A stretch of DNA of 64,000 nt from Nemertoderma westbladi (lineage: Eukaryota; Animalia; Xenacoelomorpha), in the NCBI GenBank assembly GCA_032718475.1, contig JAUCBJ010002200.1, forward strand, positions 1-64,000, in the 5' to 3' direction. The stretch's first letter is position 1; each line of letters starts with the position of its first letter. Shown here in pieces: positions 1 to 12,500 of the stretch. The notes below the pieces were generated by a model. It was not told the DNA's origin. It did no database searches and saw only the letters and a list, made by a program, of their open reading frames with translations. The position numbers and the translations under genes were made by a program.

Positions 1-1745
1 GCAAAGAATGGTAGAGCATTATCGAATCCTCGTTCTGTAATAAGTAGCAAAGAATGGTAGAGCGTTATCGAATCCTTGTTCTGTCTGTAATAAGTAGCAA
101 AGAATGGTAGAGCGTTATCGAATCCTCGTTCTGTAATAGGTAGCAAAGAATGGTAGAGCGTTATCGAATCCTCGTTCTGTAATAAGTAGCAAAGAATGGT
201 AGAGCGTTATCGAATCCTCGTTCTGTAAATAAGTAGCAAAGAATGGTAGAGCGTTATCGAATCCTCGTTCTGTAATAGGTAGCAAAGAATGGTAGAGCGT
301 TATCGAATCCTCGTTCTGTAATAAGTAGCAAAGAATGGTAGAGCGTTATCGAATCCTTGTTCTGTCTGTAATAAATAGCAAAGAATGGTAGAGCGTTATC
401 GAATCCTTGTTCTGTCTGTAATAAGTAGCAAAGAATGGTAGAGCGTTATTGAATCCTCATTCTGTAAATAAGTAGCAAAGAATGGTAGAGCGTTATCGAA
501 TCCTCGTTCTGTAAATAAGTAGCAAAGAATGGTAGAGCGTTATCGAATCCTCGTTCTGTAATAAGTAGCAAAGAATGGTAGAGCGTTATCGAATCCTCAT
601 TCTGTAATAAGTAGCAAAGAATGGTAGAGCATTATCGAATCCTCATTCTGTAACAAGTAGCAAAGAATGGTAGAGCGTTATCGAATCCTCGTTCTGTAAT
701 AAGTAGCAAAGAATGGTAGAGCGTTATCGAATCCTCGTTCTGTAATAAATAGAAAAGAATGGTAGAGCGTTATCGAATCATCATTCTGTAACAAGTAGCA
801 AAGAATGGTAGAGCGTTATCGAATCCTCGTTCTGTAATAAGTAGCAAAGAATGGTAGAGCGTTATCGAATCCTCGTTCTGTAATAAATAGCAAAGAATGG
901 TAGAGCGTTATCGAATCCTCGTTCTGTAATAAATAGCAAAGAATGGTAGAGCGTTATCGAATCCTCGTTCTGTAATAAATAGCAAAGAATGGTAGAGCGT
1001 TATCGAATCCTCGTTCTGTAATAAATAGCAAAGAATGGTAGAGCGTTATCGAATCCTCGTTCTGTAATAATCGTAACAAGTTGCAAAGAATGGTGGAGCG
1101 TTATCGAATCCTCGTTCTGTAAATAAGTAGCAAAGAATGGTAGAGCGTTATCGAATCCTCGTTCTGTAATAAATAGCAAAGAATGGTAGAGCGTTATCGA
1201 ATCCTCGTTCTGTAATAAGTGTAACAAGTAGCAAAGAATGGTAGAGCATTATCGAATCCTCGTTCTGTAATAAATAGCAAAGAATGGTAGAGCGTTATCG
1301 AATCCTCGTTCTGTAATAAATAGCAAAGAATGGTAGAGCGTTATCGAATCCTCGTTCTGTAATAAATAGCAAAGAATGGTAGAGCGTTATCGAATCCTCG
1401 TTCTGTAATAAGTGTAACAAGTAGCAAAGAATGGTAGAGCATTATCGAATCCTCGTTCTGTAATAAATAGCAAAGAATGGTAGAGCGTTATCGAATCCTC
1501 GTTCTGTAATAAATAGCAAAGAATGGTAGAGCGTTATCGAATCCTCGTTCTGTAATAAATAGCAAAGAATGGTAGAGCGTTATCGAATCCTCGTTCTGTA
1601 ATAATCGTAACAAGTTGCAAAGAATGGTAGAGCGTTATCGAATCCTCGTTCTGTAATAAATAGCAAAGAATGGTAGAGCGTTATCGAATCCTCATTCTGT
1701 AATAATCGTAACAAGTTGCAAAGAATGGTAGAGCGTTATCGAATC
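1..1745. repeat. 46-bp tandem minisatellite (consensus GCAAAGAATGGTAGAGCGTTATCGAATCCTCGTTCTGTAATAARTA), running off the left edge
   Basis: The unit restarts at 1 and 47 and continues head-to-tail to ~1745, with small indel variants (extra CTGT, TCGTAACAAG). No unique spacers. Confidence 0.97.
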
Positions 1746-3522
1746 AAGACCTTTTCACTAACTTTTGATTTTCTACGAGTTTTCATAACCTTTGACTATT
1801 ATATATTTTTAGAGTATTTTTAGCATAACGAAACGACTAAAAATTGTGTATTTTTCTGTACATTTTGGACTATATTTTTTGATTATATTATTTTTGAGGC
1901 TATACTTTGGATCCTAACGGACCCAACGCACCCCTCACCCGGTTTCTCTATTTCCTCATCCCAGAGGTGTTTCTATGGTGTTACAGTACACTATTTTTAT
2001 ATGCCAGAAAAGAGCAATATACCATCTTGGGAAGAACAGTTTTTGCAATATCTTGAAAGGTTGTGGATGTCCGTAAATAACAAGTCATTGAAGGACCGTG
2101 TTCTAGTGGGAAATATTTTTATGACAGACGGGAACCAAAACAATAAGGGGAAAGAAAGCACTTCTTGGAACCTTTAGAGAATTCAAAGCCGTTTTAGGAG
2201 CTTATCGAGCGACGAGAAATCCATTACAAATTCAACAGGTGTTTTTCTAAGTCTGTTTATATTTTTAACTTTGCAACATTCCGACCTATAGGCCAAAGAA
2301 AAAAAGTGGTAGCCTACCATTTGATCCCTACTCACTCATTGTATAATATGTCAGCACAAACTTTTACAGCGGGTTTTTTGGAAGTTGGATAAACAAATAA
2401 CACTAAAAGCCATTGAAACGGGAAAATGAATTCGTTTATCTGTCATAATTCGCATGTAAATAATATATATATAACATTATAAAATAATATAATAATAAAA
2501 TTACTTAAAACATAAATTAATACATCTCTAACTAATGAAATGAAATATATAAAGTGTTCGCGAGCGTTAACTATCAAACTCTAAAATACCTGCACTAACC
2601 TTTAGCGAAGTTGCGCAAATCCGGAACAAGAAGTTGCAATACCTGAGATTCTCTATCATACATGAAATTTATAGTAGATGGATCCACAGGGAATATCCCC
2701 TGCGTTCCCGATTTAACTATGAAGTAATGAGTTCGTTCGTCTATTCCAACTTTCACTTTTACATCCAGGGCAGTAATTTTTGCTATAAAATAATAAAATT
2801 GTGTGTCATCCTTTACGGATGAGAATAAAATGTTCTACTTTCTCGAAATACTACTAACAGTAGGTTATAGAAAACATAATGCCTCCTCCATAACGAAACT
2901 TCTAGTTGGTATAAAAATAGATTAAAAATATAATTTTTTATCGTTTAATATTATCCTGAAATTATTATTAATAGTTCATAGGTGTTGACAATTTCAACAA
3001 TTTAACATGGACCAAGTTAAACAATATTTAAGTTAGTTGAAAAAAATATATACGCGAGATTTTCATGCGAAATAGGTTTGAGAGATCAATATAGATTGTA
3101 CTTATAACTAACATAACCTACATTACACATCACTAACCAATAAAGTTTGTCCCCGGATCAGCCCCTGGATATTCCAGGACATCGACTATTTCAACATCAT
3201 CACGCTTTTCTATCCTTTTAATGACCATCAATAACCTTTTTCGTGATACAATCTCCTTTTCTTCCTCCATATTAATCACTAGAAAGGCGTTTCTCGTTAT
3301 TCACTGAACGAAAATATTTACACTAATTAATTTAACCACCTGGACCTGACCATCTGTCTGTATATACGGAGCACTATCAAGGTGATAATTAGTCAAGATA
3401 CAACCGATTATGGTAAATTATAAATGAATTGTTGTGTGGGTGGGTGACGGTGAATTAAATATTTTTCTCTATAATATGTTATAGTACATTATGATAATGC
3501 TTTCCATAGCGAAAAATATTAA

Positions 3523-3594
3523 CCGACCCCATTGGGCTCGAACCCGATACCTAGGTTTCATCATCAGGTCATAATACAACTGAGCTACTACGAC
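3523..3594 (-). mobile_element. tRNA-derived (SINE-head-like) or tRNA pseudogene remnant
   Basis: Minus strand has an A-box-like TAGCTCAGTTG and a B-box GGTTCGAGCCC at tRNA-like spacing, but no intact acceptor or anticodon stem. Confidence 0.45.
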
Positions 3595-4872
3595 AGATGT
3601 AAGATTTATTCGCTATGGAGTGGGCTAGTATATTTAGGCCTTTTACAGTCACTCATAGGAAAGTACAACGTTATTCCCGTGCTCTACCAAAAATGGCAAC
3701 CTTGCAAGAATAACTATATTCAGTGTTGTAGAAACGAAACCACTGATACCCCGTATGCCGGCCATGCTGTTAAATAATTATAAATGAACTGTTGTGTGGG
3801 GTGGGTGACGGCGAATTAATTTATTAATAAATTAAATCGACTGTGATTATGGTAAATAAGCAAAAACAATTCCCAATGGTAATCATTAAGTTCGCGAGTT
3901 GTGCGAAGGTAGTCCGTGTATGTGGCACGACGAACGAGATAGTGAGTTGCATCTGTGAGAAATACAAACAGATCGCAGATCTCCTGAAGGTCACATATAT
4001 TCATATAAAAGCACTAAGTAAAGTTATTGGTAAACGTGAGAACCGATGGCCAAACCGTGGATTAATCTCTCTCTTGGCTGTTACCTGCATTGCAGGTCGT
4101 TGAACACACTTCACTTTAGTACTGACACATTCTGGTGCAACCAAATCAAAGGATAGTCAAGAAATATACTTAACTTTTCACTATATATACCTAGGGATCC
4201 CGTTCCAAAAATGTCGGGATCGGTTTTTTGATTTTGGCAGCGGCTAATTTTAAAATATAACAACCAGTATTGTCACAACAAGAGATTGAATCAATTCTCA
4301 AATATAAAAAATCAAATCAGTCTAAAAATGACAGTACTAAATGTTATTACACCAATATATTTTAAGATATATGTTGATGTGCAAGAATAATAATATCAGT
4401 TATCAATAATTTGCTAATATAAAACGTTATGAAAATAATATTGAAATATTTTGTGCTTGTTACAGGTCTAAAGTGCAGAGTTAAATGTTCGGTGACGAGA
4501 AATACCATCAACCATCATACTACTGTTGTAGTGACATACATTCATTAAGTTAGGCAATAATTGGCTAAAGTATAACAAGAATATTTGATAAAAATGTGAT
4601 TTGTAAATGTCATTTACAGATAACCTTCGATTCAGATGGCGTATCAATGGAAAGTGTTTTAGTGATAGACAAAAGGCATTGTAGAGTGTCTCTAGTGAAA
4701 AAATAGTTGGATGTACGATAGAACATGTCGACTTAATAAATGCACTATTAGATACCTGAGGTCAACCCCCTATCCCAAACCGTATCAATATCATGACAAC
4801 AGTGACGTGAGCGCGAGAATTCCTCCTTAAATGCACTATTTAAACATGTTTGTAAAGTTGCACTTTGGAATA

Positions 4873-4916
4873 CGCTACTGATGAGTGTGGTTTATTACAC
4901 GAACGAACGTAGAGAG
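4873..4916 (+). ncRNA. Degenerate minimal type I hammerhead ribozyme motif (Penelope/retrozyme-like)
   Basis: CTGATGA (4878-4884), stem II GTGTGG/TTACAC, GAA(C), short CG..CG stem III, then TA and GAGAG. One core A is missing and stem I is mismatched. Confidence 0.4.
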
Positions 4917-5502
4917 GGCAAGCAAATAAAACCGCGCGGATCTCAACACTTTACTGTACTTTACAAGAAGTATGTTCGTCATTTAATTCCAAAATAATAC
5001 GACAACTGTTACAACCTTAGTGTTTTTAGTGTAACCTAGGAGACAGTATTGCAATTATATGTTTCAGGTTCAATTGTTTCTTTCATTGATATGTAACATT
5101 TATTAATCTGCAGTTACATTGTGCCACCATGGCTTTGGTGCCACATAACAACTCTTTGGTAATACTAAACGAGTAAAAGTAATGTAAAACTATTTTGGAT
5201 TAATACAAAATTACAGTATTACAACGGTTAGCTTCAGAGCATAAAATATTTAAAATGTGATCTCTCGTTTCATATGATTTTAATCATAATAGTTAAAATA
5301 AAAATTATTATAACCTGATAACAATTATTCGACCTAGAGTTTATGAGTTTTTCAATATTTATAATTTTCAGATTGCAGTGACGTGCTTCGTGTCTTACAG
5401 TTACATACAAATGAGTTCCTCCAATATTCCGTTGAGAAATCAACAATCATCGATACTCCATAAATATTATTCTCAATAATAACAATAATATGATACAGGA
5501 TA

Positions 5503-8500
5503 GTGGGGCGGGGGGGGGGGGGGGTGAATGGTGGGAGTCGAGAGTGAGAGTGGAGGGTGAGAGTGAAGGGTGGGAGAAGAGGGTGGGGGTGGAGGGTGAT
5601 GTGGTGGAGGGTGGGGGTGGAGGGTGAGAGTGGAGGGTCGGAGTGGAGGTGGGGGTGGAGGGTGAGAGTGGAGGGTGGGAGTGGAGGGTAAGAGGGGTGG
5701 GAGAAGGGGGGGGGGGGGTGGAGGGTGGGAGTGGAGAGTGAGAGTGGAGGGTGAGAGTGAAGGGTGGGAGAAGAGGGTGGGGGTGGAGGGTGATGTGGTG
5801 GAGGTTGGGGGTGGAGGGTGAGAGTGGAGGGTCGGAGTGGAGGTGTTGGTGGAGGGTGGGAGTGGAGGGTGGGAGTGGAGGGTAAGAGGGGTGGGAGAAG
5901 GGGGGGGGGGTGGAGGGTGGGAGTGGAGGGTGAGTGTGGGGGGTCGGAGTGGAGGGTGGGTGTGAAGGGTGGGAGTGGAGGGTAGGGGTGAAGGGTGTGA
6001 GTGGAGGGTGAGAGTGTATGATGATGGTTGTGGTGGAGGGTGGGGGTGGAGGGTGAGAGTGGAGGGTCGGAGTGGAGGGTGTGAGTGGAGGGTGAGAGTG
6101 TAGGGTGGTGGTTGTGGTGGGGGTTGGGGGTGGAGGGTGAGAGTGGAGGGTCGGAGTGGAGGGTGGGTGTGAAGGGTGGGAGTGGAGGGTAGGGGTGAAG
6201 GGTGTGAGTGGAGGGTGAGAGTGTATGATGATGGTTGTGGTGGAGGGTGGGGGTGGAGGGTGAGAGTGGAGGGTCGGAGTGGAGGGTGTGAGTGGAGGGT
6301 GAGAGTGTAGGGTGGTGGTTGTGGTGGGGGTTGGGGGTGGAGGGTGATTGTGGAGGGTCGGAGTGCAGGGTGGGGGTGGAGGGTGGGAGTGGAGGGTGAG
6401 TGTGGAGGTTGATAGTGGAGGGTGGGGGTTGGGGGTGGAGGGTGAGAGTGGAGGGTCGGAGTGGAGGGTGGGTGTGAAGGGTGGGAGTGGAGGGTAGGGG
6501 TGAAGGGTGTGAGTGGAGGGTGAGAGTGTATGATGCTGGTTGTGGTGGAGGGTGGGGGTGGAGGGTGAGAGTGGAGGGTCGGAGTGGATTGTGTGAGTGG
6601 AGGGTGAGAGTGTAGGGTGGTGGTTGTGGTGGGGGTTGTGGGTGGAGGGTGATTGTGGAGGGTCGGAGTGCAGGGTGGGGGTGGAGGGTGGGAGTGGAGG
6701 GTGAGTGTGGAGGTTGATAGTGGAGGGTGGGGGTTGGGGGTGGAGGGTGAGAGTGGAGGGTCGGAGTGGAGGGTGAGATGGAGGGTCGGAGTGGAGGGTG
6801 TGAGTGGAGGGTGAGAGTGTAGGGTGGTGGTTGTGGTGGGGGTTGGGGGTGGAGGTTGATTGTGGAGGGTCGGAGTGCAGGGTGGGGGTGGAGGGTGGGA
6901 GTGGAGGGTGAGTGTGGAGGTTGATAGTTGAGGGTGGGGGTTGGGGGTGGAGGGTGAGAGTGGAGGGTCGGAGTGGAGGGTGGGTGTGGAGGGTCGGAGT
7001 GGAGGGTGGGTGTGGAGGGTCGGAGTGCAGGGTGGGGGTGGAGGGTGGGAGTAGAGGGTGAGTGTGGAGGTTGATAGTTGAGGGTGGGGGTGGGGGTTGG
7101 GGGTGGAGGGTGAGAGTGGAGGGTCGGAGTGGAGGGTGTGAGTGGAGGGTGAGAGTGTAGGGTGGTGGTTGTGGTGGGGGTTGGGGTGGAGGGTGATTGT
7201 GGAGGGTCGGAGTGCAGGGTGGGGGTGGAGGGTGGGAGTGGAGGGTGAGTGTGGAGGTTGATAGTTGAGGGTGGGGGTGAGGGTTGGGGGTGGATGGTGA
7301 GAGTGGAGGGTCGGTGTGGAGGGTGGGTGTGGAGGGTGGGTGTGGAGGGTGGGAGTGGAGGGTGGGTGTGAAGGGTGGGAGTGGAGGGTAGGGGTTAAGG
7401 GTGTGAGTGGAGGGTGAGAGTGTATGATGCTGGTTGTGGTGGAGGGTGGGGGTGGAGGGTGAGAGTGGAGGGTCGGAGTGGAGGGTGTGAGTGGAGGGTG
7501 AGAGTGTAGGGTGGTGGTTGTGGTGGGGGTTGGGGGTGGAGGGTGATTGTGGAGGGTCGGAGTGGAGGGTGAGTGTGGAGGTTGATAGTTGAGGGTGGGG
7601 GTTGGGGGTGGAGGGTGAGAGTGGAGGGTCGGAGTGGAGGGTGGGTGTGGAGGGTGGGTGTGGAGGGTGGGTGTGGAGGGTGGGAGTGGAGGGTGGGTGT
7701 GAAGGGTGGGAGTGGAGGGTGAGAGTGTATGATGGTGGTTGTGGTGGTTGTGGTGGTTGTGGTGGAGGGTGGGGGTGGAGGGTCGGAGTGCAGGGTGGGG
7801 GTGGGGGTGGGGTAGGGGTGATGTGGAGGTGATGGAGGGTGGGGATGGGGGTTGGGGGTGGAGGGTGTTGTGAGGTGGATGGGTGGGGGTGGGGGTGAGT
7901 GGGGGTGGTGTGGGGTGTGTGAGGTGTAGTGGGGTGGGGGTGGGGGGTGGGGTGGAGGGTGAGAGTGGAGGGTCGGAGTGGAGGGTGGGTGTGGAGGGTG
8001 GGTGTGGAGGGTGGGTGTGGAGGGTGGGGAGTGGAGGGTGGGTGTGAAGGGTGGGAGTGGAGGGTGAGAGTGTATGATGGTGGTTGTGGTGGTTGTGGTG
8101 GAGGGTGGGGGTGGGGGGGGGGGGGGGGGGTGAGTGTGAAGGGTCGGAGTGGAGGGTGTGAGTGGAGGGTGAGAGTGTAGGGTGGTAGTTGTGGTGGAGG
8201 TTGGGGGAGGAGGGTGAGAGTGGAGGGTCGGAGTGGAGGGTGGGTGTGAAGGGTGGGAGTGCAGGCTGTGAGTGGGGGGTGCGAGTGTAGGGTGGTGGTT
8301 GTGGTGGAGGGTGGGGGTTGGGTGTGGAGCGTGACAGTGGAGGGTGTGGGTTGGGGGTGGAGGTTGAGAGTGGAGGGTGGGAGTACTCGGAGTGGAGGGT
8401 GGGAGAGGCGGGTGGGGTGGGGTAGGGGTTAGGAGTGGAAGTGGAGGATGGGAGTGGAGGGTGGGTGTGGAGGGTGGGAGTGGAGGGTGAGAATGGAGGG

Positions 8501-9200
8501 TAGGAGTGGAGGGTAGGAGTGGAGGGTAGGAGTGGAGGGTAGGAGTGGAGGGTAGGAGTGGAGGGTGGGTGTGGAGGGTGGGAATGGAGGGTGGGTGTGG
8601 AGGGTGGAAGTGGAGGATGAGAATGGAGGGTAGGAGTGGAGGGTAGGAGTGGAGGGTAGGAGTGGAGGGTAGGAGTGGAGGGTAGGAGTGGAGGGTAGGA
8701 GTGGAGGGTAGGAGTGGAGGGTGGGTGTGGAGGGTGGGAGTGGAGGGTGGGTGTGGAGGGTGGAAGTGGAGGATGAGAATGGAGGGTAGGCGTGGAGGGT
8801 AGGAGTGGAGGGTAGGAGTGGAGGGTAGGAGTGGAGGGTAGGAGTGGAGGGTGAGAGTGGAGGGTGGGAGTGGCGGGTGGGGTGAGGTGGGGGTTAGGAG
8901 TGGAAGTGGAGGATGGGAGTGGAGGGTGAGAGTGGAGGGTAGGTGTGGAGGGTGGAAGTGGAGGGTGGGTGTGGAGGGTGGGTGTGGAGGGTGAGTGTGG
9001 AGGGTGAGAGTGGAGGGTGGGGGTTGGGGGTGGAGGTTGAGAGTGGAGGGTTGGTGTGGAGGGGGGGGGTGGAGGGGGGGAGTTGAGGGTGGGAGTGGGG
9101 GGTGGGAGTGGAGGGTGGGTGGGTGTGGAGCGTGGGAGTGGAGTTTGGTATGGAGGGATGGGAGTGGAGGGTGGGAGTGGAGCGTGGGTGGGGTGGGGAG
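5503..9200 (+). repeat. G-rich 12-bp-based satellite (GAGTGGAGGGTN variants), potential G-quadruplex array
   Basis: About 3.7 kb almost devoid of C on the plus strand, with recurring GGAGTGGAGGGT/GAGAGTGGAGGGT units and larger duplicated blocks. Confidence 0.95.
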
Positions 9201-9328
9201 GTGTCAGGACGGTAGTAAAAAGTAGAGGGCATTAAAAAGATTTGTCCGAAGGTGGCAGGATGTCATGTTTCGCTACAAACATGGTCTCTTACAATCGTTC
9301 AACAGTCCTGGAGTAAATTGCGGAGTAA

Positions 9329-9583
9329 CTACAAATTCAGCCAGTCCGTCATATAGACGCAGGTTTCCGGACTGACCTCCCCCCCTGGGTAACAGTTCCG
9401 GTGCACTGGACAGATACCGCAAGGAGTCCGCATCAACCCAGTAGATGGAAGTAAACTGTCTACCGCCCGGTAGAACTTACACTCAGCGGCCGGTCTACTA
9501 GAGGCCTGGATTGTAGACTCAACTTTACCGTCGTATATCAACGTTTGTAATATTTTCTCGATGTCGTCAACTTTCAAGGCGAC
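9329..9583 (-). CDS. POLR3F: POLR3F exon 5 (last coding exon)
   Basis: Acceptor TTTACAG|GTC; reads VALKVDDIEKILQTLIYDGKVE...PCGICPVHRNCYPGGEVSPETCVYMTDWLNL*. Confidence 0.96.
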   Translation of the reverse strand, partial: VALKVDDIEKILQTLIYDGKVESTIQASSRPAAECKFYRAVDSLLPSTGLMRTPCGICPVHRNCYPGGEVSPETCVYMTDWLNL

Positions 9584-12500
9584 CTGTAAATATTTATAAA
9601 TAATTATGACGTCATTCATGGAACAGATAAATAAGATATGGAAGAATATCAATTTATAGTTTAGTTGTATTTTATACTGGAAGCAAAACAAAGGTACCCT
9701 ACCCATTAATTAAAGAAATTGCATTTATGATAATCGTTTAGTATATCCCACATATTATCCCACATGGGTAAAATTATAAAATATTGTAGTAAATCAAATA
9801 TTACAGTAGAATACACAGTGGAATACAAAGTAGAATTATGCTAGAGTTTCTATGTAAATACTGGGTTGATCTAAATATAAAACGCATAAAATTATTACTG
9901 AAAACAATTACTGATATGATAGTTGTAACAAATCTTCATATAAAATTAAGAAAAAAGGTACAATGCAGTGCTAAATAGTATGTTGATATGTAGTAGAAAT
10001 TGTATTTTTAAAATGTATATAACTCGATATTATAACTGTCACATACTTATGTTGGTTTGGTATGTTTGTGTTGGTGTTAGGTGATTATAGGGTAGAGCTG
10101 AGTTAGGAAGGGATTTGCTAATCCATTCGATATGGTTAGGTAGGAATGGTGGCTATTTATTTACCTTACTTATTCCCAGTTCCGTTATATACTTTTGAAC
10201 TTGCAACAAGGATGCATATTGCATATTCCTCTTTGCAATTGGATTCTCCACATTAGTAGCGCCATCTGCCTTCTCTTTGAGGAATCTGTAACATTGTTGA
10301 TTGAGGACGTCGACAAATTCTGATTCGAATCCATCAGCACTAAAACAAACGCGGTTGTGACTGTATCTTACGGTACAATAAATAAACTCATTGCGTTGGT
10401 GGTGTGAGTAGTAGTGGGCGTTAGTGATGCAACAGAGCTCCGGTTCCGGGCAAATTAATCCGGAGCCAAGCCGGAGCTAATGTTGTTGAAATTCTAAATA
10501 AAATAATAAGTTTTATTCTTAAATTGTTACTTTTTCGGCCCATGTGAATTATACCAGATTTCTGCTGTTATATTTCACTTTGCAGTTTACCCCATGTGAA
10601 GAATGACAGGTTTTCACCAAAACCACAGGTTTCATAGGGACTGATTCTAAACAAAACAATAAACGAATAAGTATCTATACAGGTTATAAGACAGAAAAAA
10701 GCGCTATACAACACTTAATAACGCCCATGTGAAGAATACCAGGATTTCAATTTTCGGTCGACTGTTTTATAGCGCTTATAACCTGTACATATACTAATTC
10801 GTTTATTGTTTTGGTTAGATTCAGCTCTTCTGTAGCCTGTGTTTTTGGTGAAAACTTGGTATTCTTCACATGGGGGTAACTGCAAAGTGAAATATAACGG
10901 CAGAATGTTTGGTATTCTTCACACGGGCGACTTTTTCGCTCGATTATGATAGGGAAAAAAGTAATCAATAGTATCGCATTAATATTCCTTTTTTCCGGCG
11001 AAAAAAGTCAAATAAAATATTTTTGATAGAATTTCTTAACTTTTGTTACATGTGGTAATAGAGCATCGAAGTAGAAAAGGTTTGCACGTAATTTGATCAA
11101 AATCCATTCATACACTCAAAAGTTATTGCAACTTAGTGTCTGCGCGGCGTACTCCAAAACGGAACTCAATATCTAGTAGTGGTTTATGTTGTTAAGCGAC
11201 TCTCTAGTTACGTAATAAATATTCGAGAACACTAAATTATTTAACATTGAGTAATGCAGCATCAGGAGTTGAAGAGTACAATAATTAGAATCGCAGTAAC
11301 TATGGAAGCAATATAGTAAAATAATACAGTTTCATTTATTTTGTATCACTATATCGGTCTATCTTTTATTAAAGAATTGAGCAACAAAAATTACCAATTT
11401 AAGAATAAAATTACGTATTACATGGTAAAAAAACGTAGAACATTTTTTTTCAATATTCTCTCAACCCTTTATTAACCTCGGTGACGAGGACATAAATTAT
11501 GATTTAAAATATGAAAAAATATATTAATAAATAGAATGTTAATAAATTCGATCAATATATGTTTATTACAACAGTACATGAACATGATATAATATTTTGT
11601 AGCATCGAAAGGGCAATAGAACAGTTGTTAATTAGAACCACCGCAAAGTAAATGTTCATGCAATTCCAAATATGTAACATAGTCGTAATTTCGTTGTGGA
11701 ATAGCCAGAGCTATACTAACTTTGTATTTAATTTTTTTTTAGATATTCTGTCAAATCTTTATGAGATTGCATGAAATTTGCTTCAACCTTATAGTGATTT
11801 GTTGGTACTGTTAGGAAGTTGGCCGTGCACAGAGGGTCCTACGAAAAATACTACTAAAAGCTCAAAAAAGTAATAAAAAAGCAGAAAAAATGAACAAAAA
11901 AACACAAATAAGAAACAAAACTGTTCTTTTTAGTGTCGAGATAATTAAGGTATAATTTTTAAGTGTATTTGTGTATATCGCACCATGGCGCTACCGCTAA
12001 TGTTAGTTGGAGTATACTAGAAATTTAAAATCACAAAAAATTGAGAATATGACTGACTCACTTGCGTTGGTGCGAAACCATGCAACTTTCTAACTATCAT
12101 ATCTACCTACACAATACTAAACTGCCATATCTCAGACACAGATATTTTTCAACGAAATTCATATTATGTTACAAATTCAGATTGTGTACTTTTTAATGTA
12201 ATGGGGTTGGGGGGGGGGGGGGGGGGGGGGTGGTACGCAAATTTCACTTTTTAATGCACTGTAAGGGGGCGCAGGCAAACTTTTGCAGTAGAAAAAATGG
12301 CATGGTGATGTTGCGACGCCACTGTTTTGGTTAGAGTTAGCAGTTCTGTAAACTGCTCATTTCCCTTAATTGATAATTTAATCGAGAGATATTAATTCGC
12401 CGAGAAAGAATTTGCATCAAATTCGTTCTCATCAAATTCAAATTATTTAAAATTTAATTCTGGATTAGCCTCCGGTACTTAACAATATATTATCTGAATA

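Noticed and set aside
3523-3594. Functional tRNA gene
   Set aside because: A and B boxes are present, but the acceptor and anticodon stems do not pair.
5503-9232. Gly/Val/Trp-rich and Pro/His/Thr-rich ORFs, or a telomeric array
   Set aside because: Translations of a low-complexity satellite; the unit is not TTAGGG/TTAGG and is flanked by ordinary DNA.
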